From positions 45,756,001-45,820,000 of the forward strand of contig CM022665.1 of assembly GCA_012295275.1 (NCBI GenBank): DNA of 64,000 bases, in the 5' to 3' direction. Below, in pieces: positions 29,701-41,134 of this stretch (positions are counted from its first letter, which is position 1; every line of letters begins with the position of its first letter). A program made the position numbers and the translations under genes. The stretch is from Chrysomallon squamiferum. Taxonomy: Eukaryota; Animalia; Mollusca. The notes beneath the pieces were generated by a model. The model was not told where the DNA came from, ran no database searches, and saw only the letters and a list, made by a program, of their open reading frames with translations.

Positions 29701-29736
<36 letters not shown>

Positions 29737-30858
29737 TATATTTATATTTTGAAATTTAATTTTAATATTAACAGTTAATGCTAAACATGATAAATATTTT
29801 ATTCCAAAGTAAATAAATGCACAATGAAAATGCCCTAAAGTTTTAAAATTACTTCCAGATAAAACGAGATTTCTACAAGAATTTGTTTTTAAACATATGT
29901 GTAACTATTTCTGTTATCATTTTATTATATAAAACCCGGTCTTTATGCGCATAATATTTTTCTGTATATATGTATGTACCACTTCTACTACGACTACAAC
30001 TATTATTACTCCTATGTTTTATTTTACTATTACTGTTAGTACTATTACAATTACTAATACTCCTACTACTATTACTACTACTACTACTACTACTACTACT
30101 AATAATAATAATAATAATAATGTTTGTACATAGGTATGTATGTATATAAGAACGTACGTATATATGTGTGTATTTATCTGTGCACATGTGAATGAGTGTA
30201 TTTTCAAAAGACTTACAGATAAAATTATAAAAATAAATCAAAACTATGTACATTTTAGTACAGTTATTCACGACCGTTTTTCAAACAAAATTTCTGACTT
30301 CATTTTTCTCAGAAATTCAACAGGAAAAACCCACATTCACATTATAATATAAATTACGTTATTTCAAATAATCAGTGCATTTAGATCAAACAAATCCTGG
30401 AAAATTCATCATCAGAATTTAAAACCGAGTACATTTCTTCCTGTTTTCAAAATAATTACGTTACGTGTCTACACTATTATTTCAACAAAAGAAAATAAAC
30501 AAACAAACAAGTACATTTCACCTACTTTCTGGGTTAATTAAAACGAAACGAAATACAAACGTAGATGTCGTTATTAAGTGCTTCTATTTTTTTTTCTTTA
30601 ATTATTTCAAGTCTTCGGGCGTATTTCTTCTCTAAGCCAGCTAAAAGTATGTAATCGAAATTGTCCGAGAATAACTGACACGTGATCGAGTAGCCTTGCA
30701 GCTGCCTCTGGTCATCAGTTCGAGCCATTAGTCGAAGACGGACTTTGGTGAAACTGAAAAGTATTTATTTGATAAACTGTCCCAGTGAAAACTGCTTTTA
30801 ATGGAATAGCATTGAGAAAACGAATATGCGTAATAGTAAAATAAAATGTTATATGAAA

Positions 30859-30895
<37 letters not shown>

Positions 30896-31061
30896 TTATC
30901 CGTTGTTGTTTTTTGTTTGTTTTGTTTGTTTTTTTTTAAATAAATAATTGTGTAAATTATAATATTAAAAAGGTTATTAGAAGAATTAGATTTCTGATTT
31001 ATCCCTTTCGAGAAAACGAGTATAAGCTGTAATTATTTTTAATGTTGTTTTCTTCTTCTTC

Positions 31062-31100
<39 letters not shown>

Positions 31101-31211
31101 TTATTATTATTATTATTGTAGTTGTTTTTGTTGTTGTTGTCAATGTTGTCATCATCATAATTATTTTTATTACCATCTTTATCATAACTGTTGCTGTTTT
31201 TGTTGTTGTTC

Positions 31212-31251
<40 letters not shown>

Positions 31252-31593
31252 GTTACTATTAGTAGTATTATTATTACTACTACTGCTGCTACTACTACTA
31301 TTATTATAATTATTATTACAATTAAGATTACTAATAATATTGTTATTGCTATTATTATTTTTTCAAAAACATTATTATTATTATTATTATTATGTTATTG
31401 CTAGAGTTATTATTATTACAATTACTATTATGATTATTATGACTATTACTATTAGTATTATTGTTGGTATTGTTTTTATATTATTTTATTATTATTATTA
31501 TTATTACTGTTACTATTACTATTACTATTATTATTATATCATCATCATCATCATTATCACTATTATTAGTACTCCTACTACTACTACTACTAA

Positions 31594-31630
<37 letters not shown>

Positions 31631-31786
31631 GTTGTTGTTGTTGTTGTTAATGTTACTATCATCATTATAATTATTTATTACTACCATTACTTCCTACTGT
31701 TATTATAATTATTGTTATTGTTATTGTTACTATCATCATTATAAATATTATTATTACTACTACTATTACCATTGTTACTATTTCAG
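27852..31786 (+). other. myoD: MyoD intron 2 (3,935 bp, GT-AG, phase 1)
   Basis: GTAAGT...TTTCAG between exons 2 and 3. Confidence 0.9.
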
Positions 31787-31917
31787 GTTTCGAGCAGGTC
31801 CAGTCTAACAGTGGTGTGTCGAGTCTCGACTGTCTGTCTCTCATAGTGGAGAGTATTTCTCCTAACAACACATCTCCCATCATGACAAACATGGCCACTG
31901 CAGAGCGGCCTTTGTGA
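31787..31917 (+). CDS. myoD: MyoD coding exon 3 with helix III (G-FEQVQSNSGVSSLDCLSLIVESISPNNTSPIMTNMATAERPL*)
   Basis: TTTCAG| acceptor. Contains SSLDCLSLIVESIS, the conserved MRF C-terminal helix III (vertebrate MyoD SSLDCLSSIVERIS). TGA at 31915-31917. Total CDS 1188 nt = 395 aa. Confidence 0.96.
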
Positions 31918-31985
31918 GACAGATTTGTGTGGCCAGCGTGGAGAGGCCGCTTTGAAAACGCCTGGCAAAAAAAAAAAACTTTATA

Positions 31986-32172
31986 TACGTCATGTTAAAA
32001 AGGTGATCTACGTCATATTTAAAAAAAAAAAAAAAAGGTCATGTACGTCTTGTTAAAAAGGGTGATGACGTCATATTAAAAAGGATGATGATGTCATATT
32101 AAAAAGGTGATGATGTCATATTTAAAAGTGATTACGTCATATTAAAAAATGGCGTATGTCGTATTAAAAAGA
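31986..32172 (+). repeat. ~22-bp tandem array at the start of the MyoD 3' UTR
   Basis: About 8 copies of (T/G)A(C/T)GTCATATTAAAAAGGTGAT. Confidence 0.85.
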
Positions 32173-32554
32173 TGCCTTCGTGAACGTATCTATGCATCCG
32201 TCAGACTTTATTGATTTCGTTTAAAACAGATGCCTTAAAGAAAGAAGAAGAAGAAGAAAAAAAAGAAGTGTTATCAAAATTTGTACATTTCTTCTGTTTG
32301 TTATGAATATTGGTGCCTTCGTCAGATTTGAACGTGCCTTGGATTATATAATATATTTAGTGCCTGTGTGAAACTGCCACAAACGCCTCCTTAGTGCCAA
32401 AAGACTGATATCAGAATGGTGCCTTTAAGAGACTTTTTGAGTGTTTTATGCATATGAACTACCATCACGAATTGTGCGACCTTCATAATACATACTTATT
32501 AATATATATATAATTATATATATACAGATATACATTTATTTTTTAAAATGCCTT
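32173..32554 (+). promoter_or_regulatory. Cluster of miR-124 seed-match sites (TGCCTT x6) plus a miR-96-type site in the MyoD 3' UTR
   Basis: TGCCTT 32173, TGCCTTA 32231, GTGCCTT 32313, CGTGCCTT 32333, GTGCCTT 32419, TGCCTT 32549; offset GTGCCT 32360; TAGTGCCAAA 32392-32401. Confidence 0.75.
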
Positions 32555-34613
32555 CATGTTCATTTGCTACGGCAAAAACAAACAACTGTAAAGGAATTTT
32601 CAACGGTTGATCAAATATCCCCTCTTTACCTTCTACATGTGACAATCTGTAAAACAGAAAACGTACATACACTTCTACAAACTCACAAAAAGCCAAATGT
32701 AAATAAAATAATAATAATAATAATGATAATGGCAGCTTCGAGTTCTTGTACAGCCATTCTTTTCAGAAATATCATCGTAGTACTATTAATATTATCGTCC
32801 ATTCAAAACCAGTTTTCAAAGACGTATCAAAAGATCACTCAATAAGAAAATGGAATGAGAGAATTTGTGTACAGAAGAGAAGAGAATAACAGAGATTTGT
32901 GTGTAGCAAACTGTGGAGATGAGGACAATTCTGCACTCACGTTTTCGAACTGTTTTAAGAACAATGTACAGCCAAGACAGAAAGATGAATTTTTGCTTCA
33001 TTAACGTGGAGAATAGCAACGCCTTTTTGTATAATTATTCCTTTTGTGTAGTATTAAGTGTCCAGGACAAAAACGATTTAATGGTACAAAAAAGAATACA
33101 ATACAAAATATTTGCACGTTTGCTTAGATCATATTTGAAAAATTGACTGAAATCTGTAAGTTTTTTATTTAAAAAAAAAAAAAATTCCCGTTTTCGTATG
33201 ATGAGTCATTTGTATGAAAGACTTCAATTGACATTTGATTAGATAAACATACAGATTCGTTTGAAGTTGTGGCTTCATCCTTAAAATTCAAAAAAAAAAA
33301 AAAAAAAAAAATATGGTTAGTGCTGTATTGAAATCGTACATTTTTTTTCTCTTTTTTTTTACCTTTTCTGTTTATTTTATTTTATTTTTTTTTTTCTTAT
33401 TTTTTTTTTTTTTTTTATTTCGAAATCAAAATGTCGCTTGTTACAAGAATATCGCTCAGAGAAATTTTCTGTTACTGAAGTGTTTTTATTTGGCAAATAC
33501 ATAGCCTATAAATAATAGTAATGCTTAAGTAAAATAAATTCACTAGGACAAAAACTAATATGTTTTTGTATTTTTCTTTAAGAAATCTCTAATATTCCTC
33601 TTACTTGTTTTACTTATATATATATATATATATAAACGAAACAACATGTTACTTAAATTTATATTTATGTTATAATACAAACCAAAGTTAGTTCACTGAC
33701 GATAAAATAATAAATAATATCAAAAAACATATAAAAGAATATATGCATTCGTTATTTCTTGGATTTTATACGATTATTACTGTTATTATTATTATTATTA
33801 TTATTTAATTTTTCTTTAATTTTTTTATGTATTGATATCTTTTTGTGTGTGTTTTTTAATTTCAGAAATATGTTTGGTTTATAATGTATTTACACTTTAT
33901 TTTATAATGTGTAAAGTCTGAACCACGTGCCTAAAAAACAATTGTGCCATTATTGTTATTAATATCTCTAGGTTTAACAAGAAAACATGTTAAAAATACA
34001 ACAACAACAACACAACGATAATAATAATAATAATAACAACAACAACAACAACAATGACAATAATAATAATAACAACAACAATATTTTTGAAAGAAGCAGC
34101 AGATTTGTATTGCAATATCTTTAGATTATTCAATAAAGGAATGTTTATTACTTTTAAAACACATTTATCAATTTATTTCACGTGTGCGAAATTTTCTAAT
34201 GTTAGGTGATTTATAAGATATATATATATATATTAATTTATCATTTATATATCATAAACATTTACAAAAGAGAACCATCATAACAAAAACATTTTTTTTT
34301 TTCTTCACAGTATATATACATTTAACTTGAAATAATATATTAAAAAATCGTGCTGGCGATGAAAAGAATGCAAAACACGAGCAACAAAATAGATATTTAT
34401 ATATTGTTATGTGTACATTAAAAAAAAAAAAAAAACATTATTACGAGACGAAGGAATATTTTGTTTACAAATAGTTGTGTGTGTTCACCTTTAGTTGTCT
34501 TTGATAGTCTTCGTTGCTATGGCAACGAATGATGGTGTATCTATTTATATAAACAACATATGAATAAAATATTTTTGCAATGTACTTTTGACGATGTTGT
34601 ACTTTTCGGGTTA

Positions 34614-34656
<43 letters not shown>

Positions 34657-34783
34657 TTTTAAACTTATGTTGTCGCTGATATATACACAAATATACACAA
34701 TATATATATGTGACAGAAAAGACGAACTTAGTGGAAATATTTTGTATTAATAATTATATAGCTATTCTGTATAATCATATTAT

Positions 34784-34815
<32 letters not shown>

Positions 34816-34872
34816 TGTACGTACCTACATATTTTATTTTATTTCATTTTGGTATTATTAATTTCGGGTGTG

Positions 34873-34951
<79 letters not shown>

Positions 34952-35529
34952 CGTGCGTCTGTGTGTTGGTTTGTTTACATGAACTAATTTGTATGCGTAT
35001 ATTGATGTATATTTCTACTTGTGAATTAATGACATTTTTAATTATATTGATTGTACATGGTGCAAGCCTCTCCGAGTTTCTCCGAATGAATGTCACAGAA
35101 TTAATTTAAATAATATACTAATTTAAAAAGAGAAAATTAGCTACTGAATGTAACTGTGTAAATTTATTTATTTATTTATTTATTTATTTGTGATTTATTA
35201 TATATATAAATATAGATAGATAGACAGATAGATAGATAGCTAGATAGATATATAGATAGATAGATAGATAGACAGATAGATAGATAGACAGACAGGCAGA
35301 CAGACAGACAGGCAGGCAGACAGATAGACAGATAGATCGATAGATAGATTACTTAATGTATGTAGACACTAAAATCAATACCTGCTCTATTTATTTATTC
35401 ATATAAATTCTGCAATATGTAAGCAGATACATATAATAAAAGCAAGTAGAGATGAGAAAAAAAATTGAAAATAAAGTTAAATATATTAAAATAAAGTAGT
35501 TTTTAAAACAATAAATTCAAAAAAAAAAA

Positions 35530-35563
<34 letters not shown>

Positions 35564-36389
35564 TAAATAAATAAAAAAAAAAAAAAAATTTGAAAAAAGG
35601 ACATTAAACAAATACCTGTGTCGAAATTACAACAAATTCAACAGAGATATTTCTGGAAAAAAAAAAAAAAAAAATTACAAATTTTTTTTTTTACAAAATT
35701 ACTCTTGAAATCTTTAAAATTACTTAAATTGATCAAAGAACTTTATCTTAAAAGAATGTTTAAGATAAACATAATGACGTAACAGCCCAGTGCGCTGATG
35801 TATATACAACTGTTATTACACACGTTCACTTCTTGTACCATTAAAAAGAGACCAACACAAATTGCATGTAATTGCATATGCTATTTTAAACATCTGCTTC
35901 CTTCCATCACAACATCGTGGTTAAGCCTTACGTTTTTTTTTTTAGCCTGATAGATTCTTGGATCAAAACGCCGGTCCTCCATCGAAGCGAGAGCTAAATT
36001 CTTGAGCCCGATTCTTGAGGCGTGAAACTATTAAAGAATCACGTCTCTTTAAACTGACTTTTCACAGTAAAACTGACATCACAGTAAACCAGAAGAATCG
36101 TGGTTTCTGAACTGCGTCCGAGACAGAAGTGCGTGCTTGAACCTTTTCGTGGGTATAAGTACGTTTCAGATGGTTGATTGATTGAAGATCTTTCACCCAC
36201 AGAGAGAGAGAGAGGACTGCCTCACGCTGCTTTTATTAAGATTTTCTCGTTTCGACTTCAAGTATCGTGTGTGTTAGCTGCCATCTTTAATTTTTCGCGA
36301 TGGTGAATTATGGGGAAGTAGGATGGTCCGATTTATTTACTTATTTATTCATTCATTCATTTATTTATTTATTTTTAATTTCTTTATAC

Positions 36390-36762
36390 TTAAAAGTTAT
36401 TACTATATTTGGTTTTTGGACGACCTACAGTTAATAAAAGCAATTTATAACAACAGAATAATACTGTTAAAAAAAACAACTTTTGAACGTTTTCCCAGCT
36501 AGTCGTGACGTCATCGCGTTAACGACTGACTGTATATTTTTCGCCAACCCTAGAAGAAATCAGGAAAACAGGTCCACCCTGTACCCAATGACGTCACGAC
36601 TAGAGAAACATGGCGGCAACTTGACGTTTTTAAAATACTCTTTTGTTGTTGCACTTTCGTTATTTATAAATTAAAACTGGACATAACTACGAAATATCCA
36701 GAAAGTATTTTAGATTTTCTTTCTCCGCATCACTGTTTATGCCTTTTATTGATACCTTTTAA
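36390..36762. mobile_element. Palindromic MITE-like non-autonomous DNA transposon relic (TTAA-flanked, Kolobok/piggyBac-type ends)
   Basis: Ends TTAAAAGTTAT and ATACCTTTTAA are 10/11 inverted matches including TTAA. Internal perfect 16-bp inverted repeat CTAGTCGTGACGTCAT (36499-36514) / ATGACGTCACGACTAG (36588-36603). Confidence 0.5.
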
Positions 36763-38421
36763 TTTGTTTATTTATTTATTTATTTAATCAAATGCAAAAA
36801 TGTTAACTAAATAAACAATTACTACAATATACAGCACTAATTAACATGTCTGTGAAAATAAATCTACACTTTATTTATACTAATGATACGGCATAAAATG
36901 AAGCATCTACTCGATAATGTTGTCTGAAAACTATAAATAACGAATAACGGGCCTGGCGTGCGTCTCTGTCTTACACCTACAGCATAAACAGCCCGATAGA
37001 GTGAACACACGCCTAACCGCGAACCGTTTAATACGTTCTGATGTTTTAATGCGGAGATATCTTCATTTGCACTGATTACACGTGCCTGACGTCCGTGAGT
37101 GGTGGTTATACTAGTTCGCCGCGATCACGTGACGCCTCGGCAGAGTCAGCTATATCAGCGCGTTTGTCGTGATTGATTTATTGACCTAATCGTCGAGAAG
37201 TTGTAGCCCTCAACGCCCGCGCACGGTATCAGACAACACGTGACACTTTATCCTTCTGGTCACTGAAAAGACGACCGCTATCTGAACGCGTATTTATTTG
37301 TCTGGCTTGCAAGAGGAGACGTCTGCCGTACTGACCAATCAAATTGTTTCTTTTGTCATGCATCGGCCAGTCAGGTCATCCGTCTCTCATCAGACGTGAT
37401 TAAACGTGAATTTGAAGAATTCGGTTTTTTAATAGCCAGTGACAGCCAATGGCGATTACTCTCTCAGTTCGGTGCTAACAATGAAAGGTAAAAGATCGTG
37501 AGCTGACAAATACAAGGACAACAGATCTTTTGATCCTTCAACGTTAGAGTGGAACTGATATAGCCACGATCAAGAACAACAATGGCCTTGGATGGAAGAG
37601 AATTCGTCCGTATAAACCTCCACCTTGAACTGTCCTGGAAGAAAAATACTGATCTATATGCATGCTAATTTAATTTTATTTAATTTTATTTTATAAAAAA
37701 TTATCTTAATAAATGTAATTGATATGTATATAAACATATATATATATAGAGAGAGATAGATAGATAGATAGATACATACATACATACATATATAAACAAC
37801 ACTATATATAGTAAACAATGTTATTAATGAACAGCCTTTAGTTCACGATCTATAATTACTGTTATAAACTGCTGATAAAATCAGTGACACTCAGATTCAA
37901 GCAACAATAAATAAAAGGATGCGGGTTTTTCCATTAATCGACTAATCAGCTTCTCCTATATATTCCTATTCTGTTTTCTTTGTTTCATTATTTTTATCAT
38001 TTATTCATTCGTTCGTTCGTTCATTAATTTATTTATTTCCTTCCTTCCTTTATTCATTCATTTATTTATTTATTTTATTATTTATTTATTTCCTTCCTTC
38101 CTTTCTTTATTTATTTATTTATTCATTCATTCATTCATTTATTTCCTAATTTAACTGCTGTAGCTGTTTTCATTTTAACTTTGGCGTAGTCGGTTACCTC
38201 ACCGTTGAAAATACAGCCAGTGATTTATGAAGAGGGCCTGCTGGGACTTTGCCATTTGTCTTTTTAGTAATAAATAAGATATGTTTATAAGCTTCTCACA
38301 CAATATTTATTAAACCCCGCCCCTCCCGCCGAGCTACATCACCCTGCATCCCGGGATAATAGGAAACAGACGTGTTAGTTCAGCATCGTAAATCACAGAA
38401 ATAAGTTAGTGGCTTATAGTA

Positions 38422-38476
<55 letters not shown>

Positions 38477-38807
38477 TAGCAACAACAACAATTATTATTC
38501 TTATTATTATAATTAATATTATTATTATTATTGTTATTATTATTATTATTATTATAACAACAATAATAATAGTAGTAGTAGTAGTAGTTGTACTAATAGT
38601 AATTGTATTACTAGTAGTAGAGTAGCACTAGTAGCAATAGTAGCAGTTGTTGTAGTAGTAGTAGTTGTTGTCGTTGTTGTTGGTGGTGCAGTAGTAGTAG
38701 TTGTTGTTGTTGTTGTTGTAGTAGTAGTAGTAGTAGTGGTGAGAGAGAGATACAGATAAAGACAGAGGAAGAATGAGGCTGACCGACTGACAGAGAGAGG
38801 TTGTAGG

Positions 38808-38945
<138 letters not shown>

Positions 38946-39711
38946 AATTACAGTCAATATTTACCAATACATTACGAAACTATAAACACTGTAACACAGA
39001 CCAAGTTTCAATGTAATTATAATTATTATTAAAGTCTTGTTAAAATACTGGCCTGTCAGAATCTAGTATTGGTTCTGATGTGACATACATTTATTTAATC
39101 ATGATTTAATATTTACTTAATAATGAGTCCGTAATAAGGGTTTAATATTGGCCAAGTCAACCTAATATAAGCCTCGTTGGATATTGATGATATGACTTAG
39201 TCTGTGATTCATAACAGCCTAGACAATTTTAACATCATCTTAATCGTAAGTGCTGATCCAGTCATAATGTAATACAGTGCAAAACATCAAGAAATTTTCT
39301 TTCAGACTGCCCAAGAGTTATTAAACCATCTTAACAGGCATATGATGAAAAAAAAAAAAATACAAACTAACACATAATAATATTTTATGCTTAAATTAAT
39401 TTAATAAACACACTTGGTTGAGCAGCAATTTTGCCGTGGTCTAAAACTGGCCCGATATCGTGACAAGCCGATATCAATTTAAATGCCTCGTACTACAACG
39501 CCCACGACGTCATCTGATAAGATACGTGAGATACTTTCACGTGTTCCGATTCAGATAGCGTTAACACTGTGATTAATGTTGTGTATTATTCATACTTAAG
39601 ACTGCATGTCGTTCACCCACTCGCCGTAGTAAATTCTTTTCTTATGAAAACACATAAATCATTTTAAATGATCATATTTCCATTGCGTGTCGCAGAGAAA
39701 AACAAAGGAAT

Positions 39712-40306
39712 TTTAGAAATTTAAAGAGACGTTGAAACCTACATTTGAATAATTGATTATGAAGAATAGCTGAAACCTACAGTGAAGACTTGATTATTTA
39801 GAAATTTAAAGAGAAGCTGAAAACTACACTGAATAATTGTATATTTAGAAATTTAATGAATAGCTGAAACGTATATCGAAGACATAATTACTTAGAAATT
39901 TAAAGAGAAGTTGAAACCCACATTAAAGACTTGAATACTTAGAAATTCAAAAAGGTGAAACCTACACTAAAGGCTTGATTATTTAGAAATTTAAGAAGCT
40001 GAAAACTACATTAAAGACTTGATTATTTAGAAATTTAAAGAGAAGTTGAAACCTACATTAAAAACTTGATTATTTAGATTTTTAAGAAGTTAAAACCTAC
40101 TCTGAAGACTTAATTATTTGTAAATTTAAAGAGAAGTTGAAACCTACATTAAAAACTTGATTATTTAGAAATTTAAGAAGTTGAAATCTACCCCGAAGAC
40201 TTGATTATTTAGAAATTTAAAGAGACGTTGAAACTAAATTGAAGAATTGAGAAATTTAACGAGAAGCTGAAACCTACATTAAAGACTTGATTATTTAGAA
40301 ATTTCA
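39712..40306. repeat. ~44-47-bp minisatellite
   Basis: Unit approx. TTGATTATTTAGAAATTTAAAGAGAAGTTGAAACCTACATTAAAGAC, about 13 copies. Confidence 0.9.
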
Positions 40307-40959
40307 AAGACAAGACATCTAAACAAATGTATGGTAAAAACTGAAATTAATCTCAGAGTATTTACCATTCCAATGAATGCTTCACGTGAAGAGACGAAAA
40401 TAAAGCTAACATAAGACTAAACTGAATATGAGCTTGTTTAACAAACATAATCTGTATGTAACTGATCTCAGTTTTTATTTTTATTTTAACATTTACTATT
40501 TCTACTGCCATTACTATTATCACCGTCAGCACCAAATTATTACAACTTCTACAACTACTACAGCTACTACAACTGCTTTTGCTATTTTTGCTAGTACCAT
40601 TATTACTGCTGGTACTTAATGACTGATCATATTTCGTAAGAAATGTGGGAAGATAACTTTTAATCTAGCTACAAAACGTTATTTTAAAATAACACGTCAA
40701 AGTAATGTAATATCAATTTAACCGATTATACAATATATGCTTTAACTATACTACACTTATTTTTAAAATATTAAGTATCTCAGAGATTATCTTTGTAGGT
40801 TTATGTAGTGTAAAATGGTTTTATTACTTGTAAATTAAGACATGCATATCTGATATTGGCTTGTGATGATGTTTCTAAAATTATCGTGATAAACATAGCA
40901 AACCTCAAACCTGATAATGGATATTTTCTACTTACCGATAAGACTGAATAAACGATTAC

Positions 40960-41063
<104 letters not shown>

Positions 41064-41103
41064 GCATCTATAATGATCTTGATTTTCAAAAACTAGATTT
41101 TTT

Positions 41104-41134
<31 letters not shown>

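Larger units (their letters stand above)
31918..34590 (+). other. myoD: Putative MyoD 3' UTR; end uncertain
   Basis: Follows the stop codon. Candidate AATAAA signals at 34132-34137 and 34563-34568, the latter followed by T/GT-rich sequence. Pumilio-type TGTAAATA at 32698-32705. AATAAA is common in AT-rich DNA, so the end is a guess. Confidence 0.5.

Noticed and set aside
31783-31791. MEF3/Six site TCAGGTTTC
   Set aside because: Coincides with the splice acceptor and first codons of exon 3, which explain most of the match.
31915-31998. Possible stop-codon read-through of MyoD (26 open codons after TGA)
   Set aside because: Context TGA-G is not a leaky one (not TGA-C), and the length is compatible with chance.
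32080-32410. Box C/D snoRNA (RTGATGA ... CTGA)
   Set aside because: The C-like boxes are part of the tandem repeat, there is no terminal stem, and the location is exonic UTR.
39712-40306. CRISPR-like periodicity in this and other minisatellites (also 23325-23720, 31986-32172)
   Set aside because: Head-to-tail degenerate units with no unique spacers, no cas genes, eukaryotic context.
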